From positions 70,804,001 to 70,868,000 of the forward strand of contig OZ024743.1 in assembly GCA_964016885.1 (NCBI GenBank): a stretch of DNA of 64,000 nt. The letters are read 5' to 3'. Below are positions 49,672 through 64,000 of the stretch, piece by piece (the first letter of the stretch is position 1; each line of letters opens with the position of its first letter). The position numbers were made by a program, and so were the translations under genes. A model generated the notes under the pieces. It saw only the letters and a list, made by a program, of their open reading frames with translations. It was not told where the DNA came from and did no database searches. This DNA comes from Eledone cirrhosa. Taxonomy: Eukaryota.

Positions 49672-50331
49672 ACATTGTCTGGGTTCCTATCATTGGGGTA
49701 GCAAGTGTGTTCTACATTGTCTGGGTTCCTATCATTGGGGTAGCAAGTGTGTTCTACATTGTCTGGGTTCCTATCATTGGGGTAGCAAGTGTGTTCTACA
49801 TTGTCTGGGTTCCTATCATTGGGGTAGCAAGTGTGTCCTACATTGTCTGGGTTCCTATCATTGGGGTAGCAAGTGTGTCCTACATTGTCTGGGTTCCTAT
49901 CATTGGGGTAGCAAGTGTGTCCTACATTGTCTGGGTTCCTATCATTGGGGTAGCAAGTGTGTCCTACATTGTCTGGGTTCCTATCATTGGGGTAGCAAGT
50001 GTGTTCTACATTGTCTGGGTTCCTATCATTGGGGTAGCAAGTGTGTTCTACATTGTCTGGGTTCCTATCATTGGGGTAGCAAGTGTGTTCTACATTGTCT
50101 GGGTTCCTATCATTGGGGTAGCAAGTGTTTTCTACATTGTCTGGGTTCCTATCATTGGGGTAGCAAGTGTGTTCTACATTGTCTGGGTTCCTATCATTGG
50201 GGTAGCAAGTGTGTCCTACATTGTCTGGGTTCCTATCATTGGGGTAGCAAGTGTGTTCTACATTGTCTGGGTTCCTATCACAGGGGTAGCAAGTGTGTTC
50301 TACATTGTCCGGGCTCCTATCACAGGGGTAC
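49672..50331. repeat. 42-bp minisatellite, about 15.7 copies
   Basis: Unit ACATTGTCTGGGTTCCTATCATTGGGGTAGCAAGTGTGTYCT; near-identical copies with no spacers. Confidence 0.97.
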
Positions 50332-50379
50332 CAATTATATAGGTTTCTGAATTTTATGGTTTTATTAGGAATCATTTAA

Positions 50380-50600
50380 CCCTTTAGCATTCACATTACT
50401 CTATATATACTATTGTATTTTTGTAGTAAACACTTTATCTTACATAATTATCACACATAATATCGAATCTATGAGATTTTGATGTCACTTATTTTGAGAA
50501 CAATACCTTAACATTAGTATAAGCAGCCAGTTTCAACTAGTTTGAACAGAAAGAGGTGAGACATTTCTAGCTGGATATGGCCGGTTTGAATGCTAAAGGG
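50380..50600. mobile_element. piggyBac-like MITE (221 bp)
   Basis: Perfect TIR CCCTTTAGCATTCA / TGAATGCTAAAGGG with TTAA on both sides. Confidence 0.88.
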
Positions 50601-50859
50601 TTAAAATATGAGCGTTGGTAATTGTTTCTAGTAATTAAATGTTTACTACAAATGTTCACAATAGTCTGACTACCAGGAAATATACTACAAAGATTTAAAT
50701 TAAGAAAACTCTTTCTAGATATTTTCTACTAAATCATTACAGAACGTTAAGTGTTAATGAGGAAGGCCTCAGCTCTAGCACTGTGTGTTGTAGCTACTGT
50801 TGTCATTGATGTTGATGTTGTTGTTAATGTTATCACTCTCATTGTTCTGATAATAATAT

Positions 50860-51412
50860 TAATGGTGATGATGATGATGATGATGATAGTGGTGGTGATG
50901 AGGATAATGGTAGTGGTGATGGTGATGTTAGTGGTGGTGGTGATGTTAGTGGTGGTGGTGATGTAGGTGGTGGTGGTGGTGATGGTGGTGATGATGATGA
51001 TGATGATGTTGGTGGTGGTGGTGATGATGATAGTGGTGATGGTGATGTTGGTGGTGGTGGTGATGATAATGATAGTGGTGATGATAATGATAGTGGTGAT
51101 GGTGGTGGTGGTGATGATAATGATAGTGGTGATGGTGATGTTGGTGGTGGTGGTGATGGTGGTGATGATGATGATAGTGGTGATGGTGATGTTGGTGGTG
51201 GTGGTGATGATAATGATGTTGGTGATGGTGGTGATGATGATGATAGTGGTGATGGTGATGTTGGTGGTGGTGGTGATGGTGATGTTGGTGGTGGTGGTGG
51301 TGATGATGATAGTGGTGATGGTGATGTTAGTGGTGGTTGTGATGATGATGAGGGTCATGATGATGATGATGATGTTGATGGTGATCATGGTAATGATTAT
51401 TATTATTATTAT
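50860..51412. repeat. (GGT/GAT)n trinucleotide array
   Basis: Directly visible. Confidence 0.95.
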
Positions 51413-51420
51413 AAATGGAT

Positions 51421-51795
51421 TGGTGGATTGGCAGTATCGGTAGAGGGTCGGATGCCATGCTTTGACGCATAGAGTTACGGCCCTTTCCATTCTGAGTTCA
51501 AATCCCGCCAAGGTTAACTTTGCCTTTCATCCCTACCGGGTTGATAAAATAAAGTACCAGTAATTCACTGGGTAATTGCTGGCCTTGTGCCTAACGTAGA
51601 AACAATTATTATTATAAATGGATTATTATGGCAGTGAATTGGCAGTATCGGTAAAGGGTTGGACGCCATGCTTTGACGCATGGAGTTACGGCCCTTTCCA
51701 TTCTGAGTTCAAATCCCACTGGGGTCGATAAAATAAAGTAACAGTAATTCACTGGGTAATTGCTGGCCTTGTGCCAAAAGTAGAAACAATTATTA
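51421..51795 (+). mobile_element. Tandem pair of SINE family A copies
   Basis: Full copy at 51421-51610 and internally deleted copy at 51639-51795, each preceded by ATTATAAATGGATT. Confidence 0.9.
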
Positions 51796-51979
51796 TTATT
51801 ATTATAAATCTGTCAACAGACCTTTGCCTTGTTGTGGTTGGTGTTGTTAATAGAAACTTTAAGGTTCCTTCCTCTCCATGTCAACACTTGCCAACAGCAG
51901 ATATGATTTCTTCTAGAACTATCCAAAGACAAAGGCTCTATCTGGTCCCTTCCCACTCTATGCTTTCCTTTTCTTTGTT

Positions 51980-53239
51980 AGGTGAATCCTTATATAATTC
52001 TCATCTCAGATATATCTTCCCTTTCCCTTCAACCTTTCCAGAAAACCTACCACCACCATTACCCCCACTACTACTACTGCCAACAGCACCTATACTACTA
52101 CCACTACCACTAATACCACAACCACCATTCCTACCACCACTATACTACAACCACTACCATTAATCCATAAGACCTTCCACTACTACTACAACTACCACTG
52201 ACACAACTATTACCACCACCACCACCACCACCACCACTACAACTACCACTTCGCCAGAAAACCTACTGTCACTACTTCCACCAGCACCACTACTACCAAC
52301 ACTAAACTCTAATACTCCTTAACATTCCTTCCTCTCCCCACCACCATCACAACCACCGCCACCACTACTACTATCACCACTACTACCATCACCACTACTA
52401 CCTTCACCACTACTACCACCACTACTACTACCACCACCACTACTACCACCACCACCACCATTCTACATCACCTCCCATATTGTCATTGAATCCTTATATA
52501 ATTCTGATCCCAATTTTATCTTTTTTTTCCGACAACTTCTCCATAAGCCCTACTACCACTACTACTACTACCACTACTACCACTACTGCTACCACTACTA
52601 CTACTACCACTACTACTACTACCACTACTACCACTACTGCTACCACTACTACCACTACTACTACCACTACTACTAACACTACTACTACCACTACTACTAA
52701 CACTACTACTAACACTACTACTACCACTACTAACACTACTACCACAACAACACACCTTTCACCCACATCCAGCAGCACCACCACCACCAATATCACTACA
52801 ACAACCACAACCACCACCACTACCATCACCATTACTATCACCACAACCACCACCATTACTATCACCACAACCACTACCATCACCATTACTATCACCACAA
52901 CCACCACCACTACCATCACCATTACTATCACCACAACCACCACCATTACTATCACCACAACCACCACCACTACCATCACCATTACTATCACCACAACCAC
53001 CACCACTACCATCACCATTACTATCAGCACAACCAACAGTACTACTACTACTACTACTACTACTACCACTATCACAACACTTTTCACCCACATTGAATAA
53101 TGCCACCTCCACCATCTTATTCCATTCTCCCTCCATCTTTCATTGTCATTGAATCCTTACATAATTCTGATCCCAGATTTATCTTCCCTTTTTCTCCACA
53201 AGCTCTACTCCCACTTCTTCTACTACCACCACTACTACA

Positions 53240-53271
<32 letters not shown>

Positions 53272-54175
53272 CACTACTACCACTACTATCACAACTGCTA
53301 CCACTACTACCACCACCAGCACCACTACTACTACTACTACTACTACTATTACTACTACTACTACTACTACTATCACAACTGCTACCACTACCACCACTAC
53401 TACTACCACCACCACCTCTATACCACTGGCACCACTGTACCACCACCACCACCACTACAACTGCCACTATTACAACCACTACCACCACCACCACCACCAC
53501 CACTACCACCACTACAACTACCACTATTACTACTACTACCACCACCACTACTACCAGAACTACCACTATTACTACTACTACCACTACAGCTACACTATTA
53601 CTACCACTACTACAACTACCACCACAACTACCACTACTACTACCACCACCACCACTACAACTACCACTATTACTACCACTACCACCACAACTACCACTAC
53701 AACCACTACAACTACCACTATTACTACCACTACCACCAGTACAACTACCACTATTACTACCACTACTACTACCACTACCACCACAACTACCACTACTATT
53801 ACTACTACCACCACTACAACTACCATTACTACCACCACTACAACTACCACTATCACTGCCACTACTACCACTACCACCACTACTACTTCCACTACCACCA
53901 CCACTACTACTTCCACTACCACCACTACTACTATCACAACTACTACCACTACTACTACCACTACTACCACCACTACTACTATCACAACTACTACCACTAC
54001 TACTACCACTACTACAACTATCACTATTACTACCACTACCACCACCACTACTACCACCACCACCACCACTCTTTGCTCTGCTTAGCAATCCCCCCACCCA
54101 CCATCTTCAGCTCAATTCTCCTCCCCCCTTCTCCTCCCACTCCTTCCTCCATTGTCATAGAATCCTTATATGATT
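51980..54175. repeat. (ACT/ACC)n arrays punctuated by a recurring non-repetitive block
   Basis: GAATCCTTAYATRATT block at ~51984, ~52489, ~53151 and ~54160. Confidence 0.85.
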
Positions 54176-54737
54176 GTGTATTCTTGTGTGTATATACATA
54201 CACGCTTGTGTGTGTGTATATATATATATACATACATGCTTCTGTGTATGTATACTTGTGTATGTGTGTCTAACTTAAGCTATCTTTGTGTGTGTTTGTG
54301 TGTGTTTGTATCTTAAACTAGCTTTGTGTGTATTTTGTGTGTGTTTGTGTGTGGTATTCCTCTTTAGAAACCTTTGTGTGTCTATGTGTATGCCTTTGAG
54401 TGTGTATATCTATCTTTAAATAACTGTATGACTTTGTGTGTATATGTGTGTTGCACTTAAATTACCTGTGTATATGTGTGTGTTTGTGTGTGGGCCTGAT
54501 TTTTATCAATCTCTATGTTGACATGTCACCATGACATACTGAAGTTGAGTGTGTATGTATGTATATATATGTATTTATATATATATATATATGTATGTAT
54601 GTATGTATATTTATGTATGTATATATGTAAATATGTGTATATGTATATAAATATGTGTATATATATGAATGTATGTATGTATGTATATATATGTATGTAT
54701 GTATATATGTATGTATGTAGTGTTGAGTATGTATGTG

Positions 54738-54771
<34 letters not shown>

Positions 54772-54965
54772 TACATACATTTACAGATGCTTAATTTGAA
54801 ATACACTGCTATGACATGTTTGATAGTTTGAGCTTTTGCACACACATATATATATATATATATCTATATGTGTGTTTATATATATGTATGTATATATATG
54901 TGTGTGTGTGTGTGTATAAAAATATATGGATATGTTAGACGATGATGATGATATATATATATGTG

Positions 54966-55010
<45 letters not shown>

Positions 55011-55522
55011 ATAAAGATATATGTATATATATGTTAAACGACAATGATGATGGTATATATATATATGTGTGTGTGCTTGTATATATATACACACACATAT
55101 ATATATATATATATAGAACACAATAAAAACTTGTACCCTCCCCTCCTACCTACACATATTGCACCTAAATGCAGTATATAGACAGACAGAATGCATGCAT
55201 ACATGATTAAATACAAAACATCAACAACATTCAATCATTATATACATTCCACTAACACATAAGCAGGACTATACACACTATAGACATACGTATACACCAC
55301 CCATCCTATCTTAACAGCAATTACGGTTATGTTACACACACACACTTATATATACATATACGCATACTCACATATACATACACACACTCACACACACACA
55401 CTTATATATACACACACACATATTCAGACACATATATCATCAGATAAAATACGAAGTGTGTTTTATAAATTGTGACGTAACGGTTCAAGTTATCCCTGGA
55501 TAATATATATATATAGTATATA

Positions 55523-56505
55523 TCATCATCATCATCATCATTTAATGTCTATCTTCCACGCTTGCATGGGTTTGGACGGGAATTTTCCCACTTGAGGCAA
55601 GATTGGTTGGTTGTCTTGCTCGTATAGGACTGTCTGGCGGGTTTTCTACGGCTGGATGCCTTTCCTAACACCAACCATGTTTACAGTGTGGACTGGGAGG
55701 TTTTTATCGTGTTACCTACACGGCCACATTACAGCGCGGACTGTGTTTTTGTCGTGACACCTAACGACCTCATTTATTTAGGACTGGATGTTGTGGTACC
55801 AACATAACTTTACATCGAAAGGGGTGGTGTGGATGGTGTGCGGGTAGTGGGACGGGGTGTATTTTGGTAAGAGGTGCCTACTGACTGTAGGTTTCGCTTT
55901 GCACTTAGGCAAAGATCTCGGTAGCGCCAAAGATCTCGGTCCAGTGACATCGTCGTGGAGAGGTGTAAGTGTGTGAGGTCGGAATTTATCAAGTCGTCCC
56001 AGGTTTTTCTGGGTCTGCCTACTCCGTTGCTACCATCTATTTTTATCGCCCTGCACTTTTTTTATACAGTTGTCATCTTTCATGCGCATCACGTGACCAT
56101 ACCAACGTAGTCTTCTCTCGAGTAAACAGCATCTGATCCCTCTTATTCCTAATTTCTCACTTAATTCATTTATGCTTTGCCGTTCACGTATATTGCTATT
56201 ACACATCCAACGGAGCATGCAAGCTTCGTTTCTCTCCAGTCTGCGTAGATCCTCTGCACACAATGCCCATGTCTCACTGCCAAGTAACATTGCTGTTCGT
56301 ATGCAGGCATCATACAGCCTGCCTTTCATTTTTAGAGAGAAACCTTTAGCGGCCAATAGTGGTATAAGCTCTCTGAACTTTTTCCATCCCGTTCTGACTT
56401 TAGCTACTGTACTTTCAGAGCACCCTCCACCACTGCTGATTTTGTCACCCAGGTAACGGAAGGTGTCCACTATTTCTATAGATCCATCTGTGCAATGAAA
56501 TGGGC
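55523..56505 (-). mobile_element. RTE-clade LINE 3' part: RT C-terminus, 3' UTR and (GAT)n tail
   Basis: ORF 56030-56470 DTFRYLGDKISSGGGCSES..KGRLYDACIRTAMLLGSETW..LRWMC..RRLRWYGHVMRM, frameshift, then GRPRKTWDDLINSDL..DRDLWR. Tail GGCATCCAGCCGTAGAAA..CCCATGCAAGC..TTAAATGATGATG. Confidence 0.93.
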
Positions 56506-56904
<399 letters not shown>

Positions 56905-56962
56905 ATGCATACATCTGCTTTTCTATCAATGTTTTGATATCAGCCACATATTACATACACTT

Positions 56963-57003
<41 letters not shown>

Positions 57004-57169
57004 TGTGTACATATATAAACATACACACATATGGCCATGTCTATCCAATTTAAGAGAGATACACCATATCTCTGTGTAATGTAAGGAGTATTTGAAAGGG
57101 TTGGTGTCAGGAAGGGCATCTGACTAAATACACAACCCACAAAAATCAGGGCCTCACATACACTCCATA

Positions 57170-57640
57170 ACACTACACCACACTACACAACACCACACCA
57201 TACTACTACAACACACAACACAACACCACACTACACCATACTACACCACACCACACTACTACACTACACAACACCACACCATACTACACCTCACCATACT
57301 ACACCACACTACACCACACTACACTACACCACACCACACCATACAACATCACACCACACAACACAACACAACACAACACAACACAACACAACACAACACA
57401 ACACAACACAACACAACACAACACAACACAACACAACACAACACAACACAACACAACACAAACACAACACAACACAACACAACACAACACAACACACAAC
57501 ACAACACAACACAACACAACACAACACAACACAACACAACACAACACAACACAACACAACACACCACACCCACACCACACCACACCACACGACGCCGCAC
57601 CGCACCGCACCGCACCGCACCGCACCGCACCAAACTACAC
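57170..57640. repeat. Pentanucleotide array (ACACC/ACACT to ACACA to GCACC)
   Basis: Directly visible 5-bp period with zonal unit changes. Confidence 0.93.
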
Positions 57641-57914
57641 CTTATCACTATCCATATCAATATTTCTAAGTCTTTAATACAGTCTTCTTTGGCTTCACTC
57701 AGATTGACATAGCTGACATATCTTTAACAACTTGCACATATATATAGTACTCTCCCTTATATATATATAAGGGGGATTAATGTACATATAATATGTATGT
57801 ATATATATATATATATAATATGTGTATATATATAAGGGGGATTAATGCATATATAATATGTATGTATATATAAGGGGGATTGATGCATATATAATATGTA
57901 TGTATGTGTGTGTG

Positions 57915-58864
<950 letters not shown>

Positions 58865-58911
58865 TAAACAAATAATGAATAAACAATTCCTTATATTAAA
58901 CAAAAAAAGTT

Positions 58912-59062
58912 CATTATTTAACGATCGTTTCTAGGATATATATGTGTTAGAATTGGTATGCATATTCAACAGATCTATGTACAAAATTATACAAAATTAT
59001 ACAAATTATCAAGATTAAATATACATACCAAACACATATATACGCCGTCTTCAGAAATAATG
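58912..59062 (-). ncRNA. Second intact long-stem-II hammerhead
   Basis: Same as 36960-37110 with a few substitutions. The element starts directly after (TA)n. Confidence 0.8.
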
Positions 59063-59308
59063 AAGTATATTTATTGATAATAACAACAATTCAAAATTTC
59101 AGTTCAAAATTGACCAATGAAAACACAAAGGGTTAAATGCAGTTCGGTGTGTGTATATATATGTAAAACCCTTACACATATTTTACAAAAATGTATGTAT
59201 AATTTGTATACGCATACTAAAAGGATCATCCTTACGGGGTCGTTAATACACTGGTTAATTGCTGGCCTTGTGCCAAAAGTAGAAACAATTATATATACAT
59301 TAATCCCG

Positions 59309-59347
<39 letters not shown>

Positions 59348-59353
59348 TCATAT

Positions 59354-59422
59354 GTTTCATACAGCACTAGAACTGTTTCATTCAAAAGAAATCATCAGAA
59401 ATGAAACAGTTCTAGTGCTGTA
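59354..59422 (-). ncRNA. Hammerhead core inside a 23-bp-arm fold-back
   Basis: Minus strand CTGATGA-tTTC-tttt-GAAt-GAAA-CAG-ttctagtg-CTG-TA. Arms TACAGCACTAGAACTGTTTCATT / AATGAAACAGTTCTAGTGCTGTA. Stem I is disrupted by the junction. Confidence 0.65.
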
Positions 59423-59980
59423 GAAGCCATTCCTATATATATAATGTTTATGTATGTCTGTATATATATATATACTACACCTAATATTCCCCCTCCATAC
59501 ACACGTACACATGTATATCATGACTCATACACTATTCATTTCCCTGACATTTGTATATTATTCTATGCACCATACATGCACCTTTGATGAGTTGTAGTGC
59601 ACCTGAGCACTGTACACAATAATTTCATCATTATATGTGTATAAACAAATACATTTATAACTTGAAAAAGTGGTAATTTCAATCACATAAAATAAAGGTA
59701 AATACAGTTAGTTGCTATATCAATAATAGCCAAGAAAATTGGGTAAAATACCCCTATATATGGATAAAAGGATCACAGCAGTGTATATATTGTTCCTGCT
59801 TATCTCTGCTATTACTCATAGCAGTTCACTGTTGTTACAGTTATTTTCCATGTTTAGGAGTTCTACATTTCATAATTTCAAATCTCTAGTATTTCGAAAA
59901 TTCATAAGATATATATATTCTGTTTCTTCCTCTTGTCACTTTTGTCTATCTTTCTATTTCTTCTTTTATCTACCATTCTA

Positions 59981-60016
59981 TCTTCTGATTAAGGACTATC
60001 ATCTGAAATATTAAGA
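59981..60016 (+). ncRNA. Decayed copy of the minimal hammerhead family
   Basis: TCTT-CTGATTA-AGGAC-TATC-ATCT-GAAAT-ATT-AAGA aligns without gaps to the 28873-28908 motif. Confidence 0.6.
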
Positions 60017-60112
60017 TTCTTTTCCTACTGTATTATTTGGTTTTGTCTTTTTCTATTTTTTTTCATATACCCATACACAAACATACATACATACACATAT
60101 ATATATATATAT

Positions 60113-60318
60113 AATGAGAGAAGTGTGGCAAGGAACCAGGTGGACGATAACGCACCAGAGTACTCGATACTTTGGGTAGTAGAGTGGGTAATAGGAAATG
60201 AGTCAAGACCCCGATGGTAGTGCTCATGCCGTTTCGACGGCTATTTCTGGATGCTATTTCAGTCCAAAAATAGCCGTTGAAGTGGCTTGAGCTCTGCTGT
60301 CGGGGTCTTGACTCTTTT

Positions 60319-60323
<5 letters not shown>
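60113..60323. mobile_element. GGC-stem family fold-back element
   Basis: Hairpin 60191-60323 with axis GACGGCTATTT..AAATAGCCGTT. The long arm extends to ~60113. (TA)n on both sides. Confidence 0.8.
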
Positions 60324-60357
<34 letters not shown>

Positions 60358-60388
60358 ATATGTATGTGTATATGTATATATGTATATG

Positions 60389-60421
<33 letters not shown>

Positions 60422-60830
60422 TGTTTATGATGCTGGGACCATGATGTTAGGATTGTCGGTTTCCACAGCTGGATGCCCTTCCTAATGCCAACCACTTCAC
60501 ACCATGTAATATAAGAAGAAATGTATTTGCACCAGTCTACCTGGCCTACAACAGGTTCCATTTCTGTTTTCCAGCTTTAAATGTCAAGAGACAATGGTAA
60601 AAAAAGCTATTCATCTATGAAATAATTTTTCCATTGTTCCAAGTTTATGGAAATATTAAACCAGAGGAAGAACCTCCCAATCACCACAAAACATTCCATC
60701 TTCCTAGCATAGGACACACAGACACCACATCACACACATACTAACACACACACTAACACCACACACACACACAACACCCACACACCACACCACACACACA
60801 TACCATCATCATCGTTTATATATATATATA

Positions 60831-61210
60831 TCATCATCATCATACGTCCGCTTTTCTCTGCTTGCAAGGGTGGGACAGGAACTGATTCTGGCTTGATTTC
60901 TACAGCTGGATACCCTTCCTAACACCAACCTCATTTACAGTGAGTGCTGGGTGCTTTTTTTCTGTGGCGCCTACACGTCCACTTTACAGTGTGGGTTGGG
61001 TGCTTTTTTGCCGTGGCACCTCCACGACCACTTTGCAGTGGAATGATAGGGACCCCAGTCCTATCATCTCATTTCTACAGCTGAGTAAACTGTAGCAATG
61101 TGAAATAAAGTGTCTTGCTCAAGGAAACAACACATCACCCGGTCTGAGAATTGAACTCACAACCTTTCGATTGCAAGGCCAATGCTCTAACCACTAAGCC
61201 ATATGCCTCC
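60831..61210 (-). mobile_element. SINE family B (two internal modules)
   Basis: Full-length reverse-complement copy. Confidence 0.92.
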
Positions 61211-61373
61211 ATATATATACATATACATATAAATCATCACACACACACTCACACACATATATATATATATAAAGCAATGATTAAGCAATGATTATGATAT
61301 ATATATATATATATATCATCATCATCATCATTTTATGTAAGCAGGGAAAAGCAGGCGTAAAATGATGATGATG

Positions 61374-61468
<95 letters not shown>

Positions 61469-61724
61469 CATCTTCATCATTGCTTAATGCACATTTTCCA
61501 CGCTATCATACCAAAGAAAAAAAAAACATACTCACACACATATTTGATGTGTGTGTATAAATGTATATGTATATATATATTAATTATACACAATTAGAAT
61601 TTGGCACAAATATACATAACTTCTCAATGAAATGACATCTTTAAGATATCTTATTCAGAAAAGCAAACATATATATAAAACACCTCATACATATCACTAA
61701 CAAGTTGATAAAATATTGTTCCCT

Positions 61725-61908
61725 TGAGATATATATATCTCAGTCAACTTGAGATATATATATATACCCTGGTATATATATATCTCAGTCAACTTGAGAT
61801 ATATATACCCTGGGATATATATATCTCAGTCAACTTGAGATATATATACCCTGGGTATATATATATATATATATATCCTGGGATATATATATATATCTCA
61901 GGCAACTT
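61725..61908. repeat. Short tandem repeat built from palindromes, about 4 copies
   Basis: Alternating TTGAGATATATA..CCCTGG(G)ATATATA..TCTCAGTCAAC blocks. Confidence 0.8.
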
Positions 61909-61939
61909 AAACATAAGGAGCCTCTCCAATATATATTAT

Positions 61940-63200
61940 AGTCGTCATTGCTTAATGTCCATTTTTTTTGGCTATTATGGGTTAGACAGGTTATCATGTT
62001 ATGAGACAAGTCAGACCCAGAAACAACATCATGTTCATATGGAGTTGTATTTTGAATTGGTTTCTGTGGCTGGGTACCCTTCCTAACAACTACTATGTTA
62101 CAGTGTGGTCTCTCTGCTTTTTATTATGACACTGAAACGACCACATTACAGGGTGAACTGGACACTTTTTGTTGTCACCAGCAAGACCACCTTACAGCAT
62201 TGACTGGGTGTTTTTGTCGTCTCACCAGCATGACCAACTTAGAATGTGGACTGGGTGCTTTTTGTTGTGTTACCAGCACAACTACTTCACAATGTGGACT
62301 GGGTGCTTTTTGTTGTGTCACCAGCACAACCACCCCACAATGTGGACTGGGTGCTATTTATTGTGTCACCAGCACAACCACCTCACAATGTGGACTGGGT
62401 GCTATTTATTGTGTCACCAGCACAACCACCTCACAATGTGGACTGGGTGCTATTTATTGTGTCACCAGCACAACCACCTCACAATGTGGACTGGGTGCTA
62501 TTTATTGTGTCACCAGCACAACCACCTCACAATGTGGACTGGGTGCTATTTATTATGTCACCAGCACAACCACCTCACAATGTGGACTGGGTGCTATTTA
62601 TTGTGTCACCAGCACAACCACCTCACAATGTGGACTGGGTACTATTTATTGTGTCACCAGCACAACCACCTCACAATGTGGACTGGGTGCTATTTATTGT
62701 GTCACCAGCACAACCACCTCACAATGTGGACTGGGTGCTATATATTGTGTCACCAGCACAACCACCTCACATACTGAACTGAGTGTTCTTGTTGTTGTGG
62801 CACCAGATCAGTGTTCAAGGTGGACTTTGTGGTTTTTTGTCATGGCAATGATATTGTGGGAGACCAGATGTTGAGTGGTCCAACATCTTTTGTGGGTTGG
62901 TCAGGTGAGCTGTATCAGGGCGGGAGTGGGTTGGGGACAGGTAAGCAAGTTCAACATCCATTTGGTGTGTGGGGTATTTAGCAGGTATGAGCGAGGTTTT
63001 AAAGTATGTAGGAGTGGGGAGAATTGGTGCAGACTAGAGTGTCCTCTACGTGTTTGTTTCATTTTATTTTGTGCATATGGGAAGCGAGTTCTTCTGCAGT
63101 ACAGTATGGCGCCAGAGATCTTTATCTTGTGTCATCTCTTTTATGAGGTTTAATTGGGCATAGTCAGCTTTTATCTCTTCATACCAAATTTTCCTCTCTT
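61940..63200 (-). mobile_element. Old RTE-type 3' end containing a minisatellite
   Basis: Minus strand ~63200-63080 reads WYEEIKADYAQLNLIKEMTQDKDLWRH. Tail motifs GTTAGGAAGGGTACCCAGCC and TCTAACCCAT..GGACATTAAG near 62090-61945. Confidence 0.7.
62245..62771. repeat. 48-bp minisatellite, about 11 copies plus diverged flanking units
   Basis: Unit TGTGGACTGGGTGCTATTTATTGTGTCACCAGCACAACCACCTCACAA. Confidence 0.96.
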
Positions 63201-64000
63201 CCTCTTCCATATTTACCCTACACATATATATATACACACACTCACACACATATATTTGTACATGTATATATATGTGTGTGTGCCTTTGTAAATATGTGTA
63301 CATGTATGTGTATATATATATGTGTAGGTGTATATGTATGTGTGTGTGTATATATATGTATATATGTATATATATATGTATGTATTCATTGTGTGTATAT
63401 AACTATATTTACCTATCTCTCACACTCACACACACACACACATATATACACATTACGACTATTATGTGCTCTCCTGTGCTATGTTGCTCTGCTATCATCT
63501 ATTGTAGAGAAAGAATGGTTTAGTACTTACCGTTATTCTTACATAACACAAATGAAACACTAGTGCCAGTATTGGTGCAACTAATATATATTATTCACAC
63601 AACACTAAAGTACCCATTAGTGTTACAGTCTATCATATTAGAGGTTGGACAGCTGGATGGATGGATGGTGGTGGTGGTGGTGGTGGTGGTGGTGATGGTG
63701 GTGCAGGGTTGTTTTATTATTTCTCTCCCTTCAATTTCTTCGTCTTCGTCTTCGTCTTCTTCGTCTTCTTCTTTTTCTTCTTTTTCTTCTTTTTCTTCTT
63801 CTTCTTCTTCTTCTTCTCCCCCCCTCTCTCTCTCGTTGGTCAGCTATTTCAAAGTATATACCAGAATACTACCATAAGTGATAGAATGTGTTAGAAAGAT
63901 ATCTTTAGAGAAAAGGAGGAGGGTTTGGAGGTGAAAAGTTAATTTGTGTTGGACACCCGACGCAACTTGCCTCTAAATGGGACAAACCCGTTTAACCCAT

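Noticed and set aside
49672-50331. CRISPR-like appearance of regular repeats (also 62245-62771 and 51980-54175)
   Set aside because: No unique spacers of constant length, no cas genes, eukaryotic context.
50747-54273. Thr-, Val-, His/Tyr- and Ser/Gly-rich ORFs resembling mucins or structural proteins
   Set aside because: Translations of trinucleotide arrays, open in several frames, with no convincing splice or start context.
62095-62874. 259-aa Cys/Thr repeat ORF
   Set aside because: Product of the 48-bp minisatellite in a retroelement 3' UTR; all three plus frames are open.

Overview
Repeat-saturated animal genomic DNA, probably intronic or intergenic. The SINE and RTE complement and the microsatellite load suggest an octopod cephalopod (inference). 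No host gene is confidently identified: one candidate exon lies at 1656-1820 (-), and nearly all ORFs in the track are microsatellite artefacts. The window holds decayed RTE-clade LINEs, two tRNA-derived SINE families, a non-autonomous Helitron, Tc1/mariner-type and TTAA-type MITEs, 42-bp and 48-bp minisatellites and an ~8.5-kb (AT)-rich array. The main signal is about 14 complete or near-complete type I hammerhead ribozyme (HHR) motifs plus about 8 half-motifs, from roughly 9-10 sequence families. They sit in short non-coding elements bounded by (TA)n tracts, often as inverted repeats or fold-backs, as expected for Penelope-like (PLE) or retrozyme derivatives. In several elements the fold-back junction falls in or beside the ribozyme core, which suggests the ribozyme hairpin primes second-strand synthesis. 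All folds and alignments were read by eye; no software or database search was run, so boundaries are approximate.
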